Source of the DNA: Pantanalinema sp.
GTDB taxonomy: Bacteria > Cyanobacteriota > Sericytochromatia > S15B-MN24 > UBA4093
DNA length: 64,000 nucleotides
NCBI GenBank assembly: GCA_036704125.1
Contig: DATNQI010000019.1
Location: 971-64,970, forward strand
Direction of reading: 5' to 3'
Under the pieces are notes generated by a model. That model was not told the DNA's origin, ran no database searches, and saw only the letters and a program-made list of their open reading frames with translations. A program made the position numbers and the translations under genes. How positions within the stretch are numbered: position 1 is the first letter of the stretch; each line of letters starts with the position of its first letter. Below are positions 27,784 through 36,102 of the stretch, one piece after another.

Positions 27784-28581
27784 ATGCGTCACACCAAGGC
27801 CCTGTCCACTCTGCTTGCCGTCTCGGCTGCGCTGACCCTGCTTGCGGGCTGCGGCATGACCCCCGGCGCGAGCGTCACGTCGCAGACCGAGGCGGTCGGC
27901 TTCGATGCGCTCGCCTCCAAGACCCTCAAGGAAGGCTTCAAGCAGGTCCACGAGGCGATCTTCAGCAAGATCGACACCAACGGCGACAAGTACATCGACG
28001 AGTACGAGGCCGGCCCCTACTTCAACCTGATCAAGGAGTTCCCCAAGGCCGACAAGACCAAGAGCGGCAAGACCGGCAACGGCAAGATCTCGCGCAGCGA
28101 GTTCCTGAAGTACGCCACCGCCGGCGGCTTCCTGACGGGCAAGGATAGCCCGGTCGCGTTCCTGAACCGGATGCGCGCCTTCCTCGCCACGGCCTTCAAC
28201 CGCCTCGACCAGCGTGAGCCCGGCAGCGGCCTGTTCGGCAAGGGCGACGGTTACCTCTCGACCGAGGAGCTCAGCGACAAGGCGCTCGCCAAGCTGGGCC
28301 TGGGCTTCGCCTACGACAAGATCCACGTCCGGGTGACGATCCCGAGCTTCGATCCCGCCGACATCTCGGCCTCGGACAAGACCGGCGACGGCAAGCTCAG
28401 CCAGGCCGAGTTCGAGGACCTGTACATGACCTCGGTGGTCAAGGCCATCAACCCCAACTACGTCCCCGGCGGCAACACCCCCGCCCCGGCCCCGGTCGAT
28501 CCGGCCCCGGCCCCGGCCCCGGCGCCCGCCGACCCCAACGCCCCGGCGCCCGCTCCTGCCGTCGAGTGGTGGGGCCTCTAG
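27784..28581 (+). CDS. EF-hand calcium-binding lipoprotein with C-terminal PAPAPA repeat
   Basis: Lipobox (LLAGC) with two EF-hand loops (DTNGDKYIDEYE; DKTGDGKLSQAEFE) and a C-terminal (PA)n tail. Confidence 0.65.
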   Translation: MRHTKALSTLLAVSAALTLLAGCGMTPGASVTSQTEAVGFDALASKTLKEGFKQVHEAIFSKIDTNGDKYIDEYEAGPYFNLIKEFPKADKTKSGKTGNGKISRSEFLKYATAGGFLTGKDSPVAFLNRMRAFLATAFNRLDQREPGSGLFGKGDGYLSTEELSDKALAKLGLGFAYDKIHVRVTIPSFDPADISASDKTGDGKLSQAEFEDLYMTSVVKAINPNYVPGGNTPAPAPVDPAPAPAPAPADPNAPAPAPAVEWWGL

Positions 28582-28591
28582 ACCTCACTCG

Positions 28592-28632
28592 AAAAAGGAC
28601 CGCCCCCGTTCGGGGCGGTCCTTTTTTATTGC
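28592..28632 (+). terminator. rho-independent terminator
   Basis: aaaaaggaccgcccccg-ttc-ggggcggtccttttttatt. Confidence 0.9.
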
Positions 28633-28762
28633 TTTTGCAGCTGCCCAGGAAACGATGACGGATTCATGACACAACGCCAACCCGGCCATGATACGGCGTC
28701 CGTATCATTGAAGGAGGGCCGAGACGGCCCTCTTGTCCCGTCGATGAAAGGCAGGTTGCATC

Positions 28763-30028
28763 TTGAAACTGGACGATTTCCGGCTCACGCTCGGCTCGAA
28801 GCAGTACGTTCCCATCGTCATCGGCGGGATGGGGGTCGACATCTCCTCGGCCGATCTGGCGCTCGAGGCGGCCCGCCTCGGGGGGATCGGCCACATCTCC
28901 GATGCGCTCTCCGCAGCGGTCTCGGATCGGCGCTTCAAGACCACCTTCCTGCGGGACAAGGCCGAGCTGTACCGGGATCACCGCGAGATGGAGCACAAGC
29001 GCGACGTCCAGTTCGACCTCTCGGCCGTGCGCGAGGCCACCCTGCGGCACGTCGGCGGCACCATGGACGCCAAGCGCGGCGATGGCGCCATCTTCGTCAA
29101 CATCATGGAAAAGCTCACCATGAACGCCCCCAAGGCGACCCTCAAGGCGCGGCTGGAGGCCTCCATGGACGCCGGGGTGGACGGCATCACCCTGAGCGCC
29201 GGCCTGCACCTGGGCTCGCTCGAGCTGGTCGCCGATCACGCCCGCTTCCGCGACGTCCAGTTCGGGATCATCGTCTCGTCGGCCAGGGCGCTCAACCTCT
29301 TCCTCAAGCGCGCCAAGCGCCTGGATCGCATGCCGGACTTCGTGGTGGTGGAGGGCCCCCTGGCGGGCGGGCACCTGGGCTTCGGCCTTGACGAGTGGCC
29401 CCGCGCCAACCTCAAGGACATCGTCAACGAGGTCATGGCCTTCCTCGCCAAGGAGGGGCTCTCCATCCCGGTCATCCCCGCGGGGGGCATCTTCACGGGC
29501 ACCGACGCCGTCGAGTACCTCCAGGCCGGGGCCGCGGCCGTCCAGGTGGCGACCCGCTTCACCGTCACCCGCGAGTGCGGCCTGCCCGATTCGGTCAAGC
29601 AGGTCTACCTGGGGGCCGAAGAGGCGGACGTGGAGGTCAACACCCAGTCGCCGACCGGCTATCCCATGCGGATGCTCAAGCAGTCGCCCGCCATCGGCTC
29701 CAACATCAAGCCCAACTGCGAGACCTTGGGCTACCTGCTCGACTCCGAGGGGCGCTGCAGCTACCTCGAGGCCTACAACGCGACGCCCGTCGACGAGAAG
29801 GGACGCAAGCAGCCCGTGCGGGAGCGCACCTGCCTCTGCACCCACATGAACACCTTCAAGGTCTACACCTGCGGCCACTACGTCTACCGCCTCAAGGAGA
29901 CGACGGTCCTCGAGGCGTCGGGGCGCTACCACGTGCCGAGCGCCGAGCACGTCTTCAGGGACTACCAGTACAGCGAGGACCACAAGATCGCCCTGCCGAA
30001 GCTCGATGGCTTGGTCGTTCCCGCCTAA
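28763..30028 (+). CDS. nitronate monooxygenase / FabK-like FMN TIM-barrel oxidoreductase with Cys-rich C-terminal extension
   Basis: N-terminal PIVIGGMG and AGGHLG motifs of the NMO/2-nitropropane dioxygenase family, plus a C-terminal ~120-aa region with 6 Cys. The start is TTG 28763 because there is no nearby ATG in frame. Confidence 0.6.
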   Translation: MKLDDFRLTLGSKQYVPIVIGGMGVDISSADLALEAARLGGIGHISDALSAAVSDRRFKTTFLRDKAELYRDHREMEHKRDVQFDLSAVREATLRHVGGTMDAKRGDGAIFVNIMEKLTMNAPKATLKARLEASMDAGVDGITLSAGLHLGSLELVADHARFRDVQFGIIVSSARALNLFLKRAKRLDRMPDFVVVEGPLAGGHLGFGLDEWPRANLKDIVNEVMAFLAKEGLSIPVIPAGGIFTGTDAVEYLQAGAAAVQVATRFTVTRECGLPDSVKQVYLGAEEADVEVNTQSPTGYPMRMLKQSPAIGSNIKPNCETLGYLLDSEGRCSYLEAYNATPVDEKGRKQPVRERTCLCTHMNTFKVYTCGHYVYRLKETTVLEASGRYHVPSAEHVFRDYQYSEDHKIALPKLDGLVVPA

Positions 30029-30051
30029 GGGATCGGCTTCTCGCCAAAACA

Positions 30052-30092
30052 GCCCCTCGCCCCGACCGGGGCGAGGGGCGCGGCTTTTCTTC
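30052..30092. terminator. terminator hairpin between convergent NMO-like and guanylate-kinase-like genes
   Basis: gcccctcgccccg-accg-gggcgaggggc followed by gcggcttttcttc. Confidence 0.65.
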
Positions 30093-30639
30093 AGCCGCCG
30101 ATGAGCCGGGCGACCGTCTCCAGCACCTCCGCGTAGGGCGGGGTGGTCGAGACCCGGTGGTCGCAGGCGCTGGCCTGGCCGTTCTCCAGGGCGATGAGCC
30201 CCAGGCGCCGCTCGACCTCGTCGGGCGTGCTGCCCCGCGCTTCCATGCGCTCCTTGAGGGTCTCGGGCGAGGGGCTCTCGAGGAAGATCGCCCGCGCCTT
30301 GCCGGGGGCCAACAGGTCGCGCAGGTGCTGGACGCCCGCCATGTCGAGGACGCACACCAGGTCGTGCCCCCCGTTCTCGAGGAACTGCCCGGCCGGCAGG
30401 CCGTAGCGCCGGCCGCCGTAGGTGGTGGACTCCAGCAGCTTGCCCGACGCCAGCAGGAAATCGAACTGCTCGTCGCTGACGAAGTAGTAGTCGATGCCTT
30501 CCTGCTCGCCGTTTCGCGGGGCGCGGGTGGTGCAGGTGACGGCGCGCTTGAGACCCGGCACGCGCCGGGGCAGGTCCTTGGCGAGGCTGGTCTTGCCCGT
30601 TCCCGACGGGCCGATCAGGATCCATACGTTGCCGGCCAT
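30091..30639 (-). CDS. guanylate kinase family protein
   Basis: P-loop [10 protein letters not shown] and a Gmk-like [19 protein letters not shown]…YGGRRYG pattern. Confidence 0.7.
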   Translation of the reverse strand: MAGNVWILIGPSGTGKTSLAKDLPRRVPGLKRAVTCTTRAPRNGEQEGIDYYFVSDEQFDFLLASGKLLESTTYGGRRYGLPAGQFLENGGHDLVCVLDMAGVQHLRDLLAPGKARAIFLESPSPETLKERMEARGSTPDEVERRLGLIALENGQASACDHRVSTTPPYAEVLETVARLIGG

Positions 30640-30740
30640 GGGGTCTCCTTACAAAGGAACTTGATGAGATCCCCCCACCCCCAACCCCGCCCCACCGGGG
30701 GGCGGGGAGTCTGGTTGGCATGGGACTGCCCTTACCATAC

Positions 30741-30783
30741 CGCCCAAAAGGCGAGGGGGGAAGGCGTCAGCCTTCCCCCCTCG
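30741..30783 (-). terminator. rho-independent terminator for M16 peptidase gene
   Basis: gaggggggaaggc-gtca-gccttcccccctc with a U-run (gccttttggg) downstream on the minus strand. Confidence 0.7.
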
Positions 30784-30797
30784 AAACCCTCCAGGGC

Positions 30798-33524
30798 TTA
30801 CTTGCCCTGGTAGGGGCCCGCGATCGCGAGGCCCGCGGCGTCGGGCTTGACGATCTTCCTGGCGGCCTGGTTGACGGCTTGCAGGGTGACGCCCTGGATC
30901 AGCTTGGGGTAGCGGCCCCAGAAGTCGAGGCCCAGGCCGTAGCGCTCGATCGAGCTGAGCGAGCCGGCCATCCCGGAGTTGGTCGCGAGGTCCACCGCGC
31001 TGCTGCCGATGAAGGCCGTCTTGGCCTTGGCCAGCTCGTCGGCGGTGACGCCCTTGGTGACGAACTTGCCGAGCTCGCGCTTGAGGGCGTCGAGGGCCGT
31101 TGGGACGTTGGCGGGGTTGACCGTGACGGTCGCGGTCCAGGGGCCCGGGCCGAAGGTGGGCCGGATGCTGGAGCGCGCGTCGTAGGTCAGGCCCATCTCG
31201 TCGCGCAGCTTGATGCCGAGGCGCGCCGACAGGGGGCTGCCGCCGAGCACGAAGTTGGCGATGCGCACGGCGTAGTAGTCCGGGTCCATCCGGCGGACGG
31301 TGGTGGGGTTGCCGTAGACGATGGCGACGTTGGTCTGGTCCATCATCGGGATGATGGTCTTGGAGGCCTTGGCCGGCATGCCGTCGGGGATGGAGACGGC
31401 CGCGACCGCGACCTTGGGCCAGGCGGCGAAGCGCTGCTCGAGCTTCGCGACCACGGCGTCGGCGCTCACGTCGCCCACCACCGCGAGCACGACGCCGTTG
31501 GGGCCGTAGTGCTTGGCATGGAAGGCCCTGAGGTCCTCGGGGGTGATGCTCTCGATGGCCTTGATCTGCTGCTGGGGGTCCAGGTCGTAGTAGGGGTGAC
31601 CCGGCTGGTAGATCGCGTGGTTGAAGGCGCGTCCGGCCCGGGTGGCGGGCTGCTCCTCGGCCTGCTTGATCGAGGTGATCCAGTTGGCCTTGAGCTTGGC
31701 GAGCTCGCTCTCGGGGAACGCGGGGGTCATCATTTCCTCGGCGAGCACGTCGAGGGTGCGGTCCAGGTCCTTGGAGAGGGTCGAGCCGCTGATGCCGGTG
31801 GTCTCGGTGCCGCCCGAGAAGCCGACGCTCGCGCCGACGAACTCGAGGTCACCCGCGATTTTGAGCTTGTCGCGCTTGGTGGTCCCTTCCTCCAGCATGG
31901 AGGCGGTCAGAGAGGCGAGGCCCTCCTTGCCCTCGGGGTCGTGGACCCCGCCGGTGCGGACGAAGCCGTCGATGGCCACGGTGGGGTTGTTCTTGTTCTG
32001 GAGCACCAGGACGGTCATGCCGTTCGACAGGACGCGCCGCACCGGCACGGTGAGCTTCTGCTCCTTGACCGGGCGCTTCTCGAAGTCCATCAGGGGAAGG
32101 GGCTTGACCGGGGCGTTGTTCGCGACGGCCTTGCCGCTGCCGGCATTCTTGGGCTGGGGGCGCACCGGGCCGTCGGGGGTGGCGACGTAGTACCCGATGG
32201 TCAGGTTGTCGTCGTGGAGGTAGGTCTTGGCGACGCGCTGAATGTCGGCGGGGGTGACCTTCTTGACCTCGTCCAGGAGGGCGAAGGCCCGCTGCCACTT
32301 GCCCGCCATGGCCTCGTACTCGCCGAGGTTGATGGCGAGACCCTCGGTGCCGTTGTTCTGGAAGATGTAGCCCGCCTCGGCCTGGTTCTTGGCCTTCTGG
32401 AGCTCCTGGAGCTCGACCGGGGTGGTCTTGAGCTTCTCGAGCTCGGCGCGCATGGCCTGTTCGGCGTCCTCGTGCTTCACGCCGGGGCGCACGGTCATGC
32501 CGATGCGGAACAGGGAGGGATCGCGCTGGAGGCCGCAGTCGGCCCAGGCGTCGGTGGTGATCTCCTTGTCGACCAGGGCCTGGTAGAGGCGCGAGGTCCG
32601 GCCGCTGCCCATGAGGGTCTCGAGGACCTTGAGGGCGGCGATGTCCTTGTGGTTGACCGAGGGGATGTGCCAGCCGGTCTGGACCAGGTTGGTCTCGCCG
32701 CGCTTGCGCAGGGTGAAGCGGCGGATGCCCTCCTGGGGCTCCTCGGCGGTGTACATGGGCGGGATGTGCTTGGCGGCGGGGATGGCGCCGAAGTACTTCT
32801 CGATGAGCTTGATGGCGTCCGCGCTCTTGAAGTCGCCGACCAGCACCGCCACCGCGTTGTTGGGGTGGTAGAAGGTGTTGTAGAACTCCTTGAGGCGCGC
32901 GGTGGGGACGCCCTCGACGTCGCTGCGCCAGCCGATGGTCGAGTGGTGGTAGGGGTGGGCCTGGTAGGCCTGGGCGGTGATCGCCTCGTAGAGGTTCATG
33001 ACGGGGCTGCTCTCGCCGCGCTCCATCTCGTTGCGCACGACCGTCATCTCGCTCTGGCGCTCCGAGTCGAGGATCAAGGAGTTGCGCATGCGGTCGGCCT
33101 CGAGCCGGATGCCCATCTCGAGCTTGTCGCTCGAGTAGGTCTCGAAGTAGTTGGTCCGGTCCGTCCAGGTGGTGGCGTTGAAGTCCGCCCCGTTGCGCTG
33201 CAGGAGCTGCGAGATCTGGCCCTTGCCGAGGTTCTTGGTGCCCTTGAACAGCATGTGCTCGAGCATGTGGGTCGAGCCCGTCCAGCCCGTGGCCTCGTTG
33301 CGCGAGCCGACCTTGTAGGTGACGACCCAGGTCACGACCGGCGCGGCGTGGTTCTCCTTGAGGATGACCTTCATGCCGTTCTTGAGGGTGTACTCCTGGA
33401 TCGGGCCCGCGATCGTCTGGGTGCTCTTGATGGCGGGAGCGGCCAGGGCGTAGGCCGGCATGACGGGCACCGTCAGGGCGGTGCCGAGCGCCAGGGCCAG
33501 GGCGGCGAGGGGGTGTCGATTCAT
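30798..33524 (-). CDS. secreted tandem M16 (insulinase/pitrilysin-like) zinc peptidase
   Basis: Signal peptide from ATG 33524, an inverted zinc motif HMLEHMLF in the first M16 unit, and a second M16-like unit (two active plus inactive domain pairs) for ~909 aa. The upstream part of the track ORF is low-complexity and non-coding-like. Confidence 0.8.
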   Translation of the reverse strand: MNRHPLAALALALGTALTVPVMPAYALAAPAIKSTQTIAGPIQEYTLKNGMKVILKENHAAPVVTWVVTYKVGSRNEATGWTGSTHMLEHMLFKGTKNLGKGQISQLLQRNGADFNATTWTDRTNYFETYSSDKLEMGIRLEADRMRNSLILDSERQSEMTVVRNEMERGESSPVMNLYEAITAQAYQAHPYHHSTIGWRSDVEGVPTARLKEFYNTFYHPNNAVAVLVGDFKSADAIKLIEKYFGAIPAAKHIPPMYTAEEPQEGIRRFTLRKRGETNLVQTGWHIPSVNHKDIAALKVLETLMGSGRTSRLYQALVDKEITTDAWADCGLQRDPSLFRIGMTVRPGVKHEDAEQAMRAELEKLKTTPVELQELQKAKNQAEAGYIFQNNGTEGLAINLGEYEAMAGKWQRAFALLDEVKKVTPADIQRVAKTYLHDDNLTIGYYVATPDGPVRPQPKNAGSGKAVANNAPVKPLPLMDFEKRPVKEQKLTVPVRRVLSNGMTVLVLQNKNNPTVAIDGFVRTGGVHDPEGKEGLASLTASMLEEGTTKRDKLKIAGDLEFVGASVGFSGGTETTGISGSTLSKDLDRTLDVLAEEMMTPAFPESELAKLKANWITSIKQAEEQPATRAGRAFNHAIYQPGHPYYDLDPQQQIKAIESITPEDLRAFHAKHYGPNGVVLAVVGDVSADAVVAKLEQRFAAWPKVAVAAVSIPDGMPAKASKTIIPMMDQTNVAIVYGNPTTVRRMDPDYYAVRIANFVLGGSPLSARLGIKLRDEMGLTYDARSSIRPTFGPGPWTATVTVNPANVPTALDALKRELGKFVTKGVTADELAKAKTAFIGSSAVDLATNSGMAGSLSSIERYGLGLDFWGRYPKLIQGVTLQAVNQAARKIVKPDAAGLAIAGPYQGK

Positions 33525-33768
33525 GCGGCGGTGTCCTCTCTCGAAAGTCCAGGCGCGAGCCGTGGAATGGAAGGCGTTTGCCATAGGGGCGGTTTGTCGC
33601 CGGGTGTACGAACGATGGCCCATGTTATCACGCCCCTTGCCGGGACGCAGGGCCGCCCGGGGTGGTCGCTTCCCCACGGCTGTGCTATGATGCGTACTGT
33701 TGCTTGTCAACATTGCACACGAGGAAACAACCCAGTAAGCCGTCTCCTGATCGTTGGAGGATCTGCCC

Positions 33769-34179
33769 ATGGGAACTCCCGAGCAACACGCGTCCTTCCA
33801 CCTCGGTCTCACCTGGTCCGAGGCGGTGCCGCTGCTCTCGCGCCTGATCACCTCCCCGGCCCCGCTGGATGGGAGCGATCGCGATCGCCTCCTGGCCGCG
33901 GCCGCGGCCTGCCGCCTCGCGCGCACCGAGCTCGAAACGGCCCACGAGCGCCATTCCCTTCTGCGTCTGGCCGCTCCGCTCTACTCGGAGGAGACCCTCG
34001 GCGAGGCCCTGCTCACCGCCGAGCGCGCCCTCGTCTCCCTGAGCCAGCCCATCGCCGGCGCCGAGCGCTTCATGCTCGCCTCGGGCCGCCTCCACTGGCT
34101 GTTCGAGTTCCTCTCGGACACCTGCAACCTGCTGCTGCGCGACGTGGCCCGCGGGACGCTGCCGCGAGCGGCGAGCTGA
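33769..34179 (+). CDS. hypothetical protein
   Basis: GGAGG lies 8 nt before ATG 33769 and codon usage is typical; no recognisable domain. Confidence 0.45.
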   Translation: MGTPEQHASFHLGLTWSEAVPLLSRLITSPAPLDGSDRDRLLAAAAACRLARTELETAHERHSLLRLAAPLYSEETLGEALLTAERALVSLSQPIAGAERFMLASGRLHWLFEFLSDTCNLLLRDVARGTLPRAAS

Positions 34180-34186
34180 TCCCTTA

Positions 34187-34264
34187 GAGCACCTAACGAA
34201 ACCAGGCATGTTACGACCATTGGCCGCCGGGGGCGGCTGGGTGGAGCAGTTTCGTTAGGTGCCC
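34187..34264 (-). repeat. REP/MITE-like palindromic intergenic element, copy B (inverted relative to copy A)
   Basis: Its reverse complement aligns to 17332..17406 with the core agccgcccccggcggcca..ggtcgtaacatgcctggttt and terminal IRs cctaacgaaac/gtttcgttagg. It starts 8 bp after a stop codon. Confidence 0.7.
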
Positions 34265-34361
34265 TTATCTTAATCGAGGGTTATTCACCCCATAAGAAAG
34301 ATCCCGGTCTCGCGCCGCGATATCCCGTATGTGTGGTGTTAATACGCCAAGGAGGGTCGCC

Positions 34362-35141
34362 GTGAGCCGGAACGTCAAGACCAAGGCCTTTTGGATCACC
34401 GCGCTGCTGGGCACGACGCTTCTGGCCGGCTGCGGCGCCGATCCCGGCGTGATGGTCGACAACGGCAAGGCGCAGAAGGACCTGAGGCTCAACAAGGGCC
34501 TTCCCGGCACCCAGCAGGGCGTCAACAACGACCAGGCCGTCCTCCAGGCCCTCTTCACCGACATGCGCCAGATGCGCACCACGCTGCGCAACGTGCAGTG
34601 CGACCTGACCGGCTACTTCGTCAGCGACAAGGACGGCTCGGTGGGATCCATCCAGACCCGCTTCTGCTACGAGCTGCCCAACAAGACCTCGCTCGCCATC
34701 AAGCAGAGCAGCGACGGCAGCACCGTCGGCACCAAGATGGTCTGGAGCGGCGGCCAGCAGATCGCCGTCAAGACCAAGCTGCTCGGCTTCTGGCTCAAGA
34801 CCAGCGTCGACGTCCACGACAGCCGCACGGCGGACCACCGCGGCTACTTCATCGACGAGACCGGCATCAACCCGATGATGGACACCTTCTTCGACCCGCG
34901 CAACCAGGTGACGCTCGTCGGCCAGGGCAACCTCGGCAGCATGCCCGTCATCCAGGTCGGCATCGTCTCGCCCCGCAGCCTGAAGGGGGTCGCCCGCGAG
35001 GTCTTCACCATCGACTCCCAGCGCAAGATGCCCGTCATCCGAGAGCTGTACGACCGCAGCAACCGCCTGGTCCACCGCATCCGCATGGACAACATCGTCA
35101 TGAACGCGACCATGCCCTCCAACGCATTCTCGCTCGATTAA
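34362..35141 (+). CDS. lipoprotein, LolA-like/outer-membrane-lipoprotein-sorting-like fold (tentative)
   Basis: AAGGAGG lies 6 nt before GTG 34362, giving the lipobox signal VSRNVKTKAFWITALLGTTLLAGC; the rest is beta-rich. Confidence 0.5.
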   Translation: MSRNVKTKAFWITALLGTTLLAGCGADPGVMVDNGKAQKDLRLNKGLPGTQQGVNNDQAVLQALFTDMRQMRTTLRNVQCDLTGYFVSDKDGSVGSIQTRFCYELPNKTSLAIKQSSDGSTVGTKMVWSGGQQIAVKTKLLGFWLKTSVDVHDSRTADHRGYFIDETGINPMMDTFFDPRNQVTLVGQGNLGSMPVIQVGIVSPRSLKGVAREVFTIDSQRKMPVIRELYDRSNRLVHRIRMDNIVMNATMPSNAFSLD

Positions 35142-35149
35142 CCCGGGCC

Positions 35150-36053
35150 CGGGTCCACATGCGCCCGATGGCGATTGCCGCACCAGCCTCGCCACGCCCC
35201 TTACTCCGGGAAACCCCCTGAGGGACGGGGTTATGCCCCACTCGATCGGGCCCAGAACGGCCCGTGGATTAATCTTTGCTTAGCCAATTCTTAGAAAAAG
35301 CTTGCATTTCCTCGCCTAGCGCGATAGGATGAATTCATCGACCGGTTCTGGAGAGCCGGGAGGCCCGAGAGGGCGCCGCTTCAAGTCGAAGGGCCGCAAG
35401 GCGGGACGACGGGAGGGGTATCGAACACCCGAGGTTTCGATCGCGGGTGGGGAGCCGGAGCCCCGAGAGGGGGGACGGATAGGGGGCGCCGCCGAAGTGG
35501 CGCCGCGGGGTTTCATGACGGGTTCGTCGCCGGAAACGGGGGATGGCTCGGAGGGAAATGTCGCAGGGGGATGAAAGTCACCCTGAAGTGGACTCAAAGG
35601 TCCACGGAGGACGTACCGGACGCGTGAGTGTCCTGCGCCGCAAGCGCACCGGTGAAGCGACACTGGAAGGCCCCTCGACCCGGGTAGGGAGACGGTCTCG
35701 CAAGAGGCAGTCGACTCGCCGGGGAGATGAACGGAGCACCGGGCCGAAAGGCAGGGAGCGCGACTGGAAACAGTCGAGGGTGGAGCCGGAAGCGGCGCTG
35801 CCGGGACCTGGAGACAGGGAAGACGCCGTTCATTGGTCTCGCTTTTCCAGGAGTGAGCACGGGCGCACCCCGTCGAGAGTGCCACGGAGTCTGTAGCAGG
35901 CCTGAAAAGGCCGACGCCGGATTTCGGTGGGGATCGAATCGGTCCCTGAAACGTAGGTTGAGATACTTGCGATGGAACTACGGTGGGTGTGGCGACACCC
36001 GGCGCCTCGAGCGCGAGGTCGAAGTGACGACCGAGCCGGATCCAAAGCAGCAA
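35150..36053 (+). ncRNA. candidate large structured non-coding RNA (unclassified), purine-rich, ending at an intrinsic terminator
   Basis: ~900 bp with only short overlapping ORFs that have R/E/K- or P/S/R-rich low-complexity translations and atypical codons (GAA, AGT, AGA). It has strong purine skew on the plus strand and many local hairpins (e.g. gggtgt-ggcg-acaccc, ggcc-tgaaaa-ggcc). It ends in a GNRA-loop terminator. Confidence 0.3.
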
Positions 36054-36094
36054 CCCCCGCGGAGCGAAAGCTCGGCGGGGATTGGTGTTTTTGG
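36054..36094 (+). terminator. rho-independent terminator (10-bp stem with GAAA loop + U-tract)
   Basis: cccgcggagc-gaaa-gctcggcggg followed by gattggtgtttttgggg. Confidence 0.7.
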
Positions 36095-36102
36095 GGGGAT
36101 CG

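Noticed and set aside
28666-29391. 241-aa ORF upstream of or overlapping the NMO-like gene
   Set aside because: It is an alternative frame of the NMO-like gene with an Arg/Gly/Pro-rich translation and no coding signal of its own.
35920-35960. tRNA gene (T-loop-like GGGGATCGAATCGGTCCC)
   Set aside because: No matching acceptor stem, D-arm or anticodon arm can be drawn around it. It is probably just a local hairpin inside the non-coding region.
35150-36094. RNase P RNA, tmRNA or SRP RNA identity for the large non-coding region
   Set aside because: The universal P4 motif GGAAAGUCCGG is absent (only GAUGAAAGUCACC is present). No tRNA-like acceptor/T-arm plus tag-peptide ORF with Ala-Ala-stop was found. 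Similarity to SRP domain IV (AAGGUCCACGGAGGA) is partial only. The region is kept as an unclassified ncRNA candidate.
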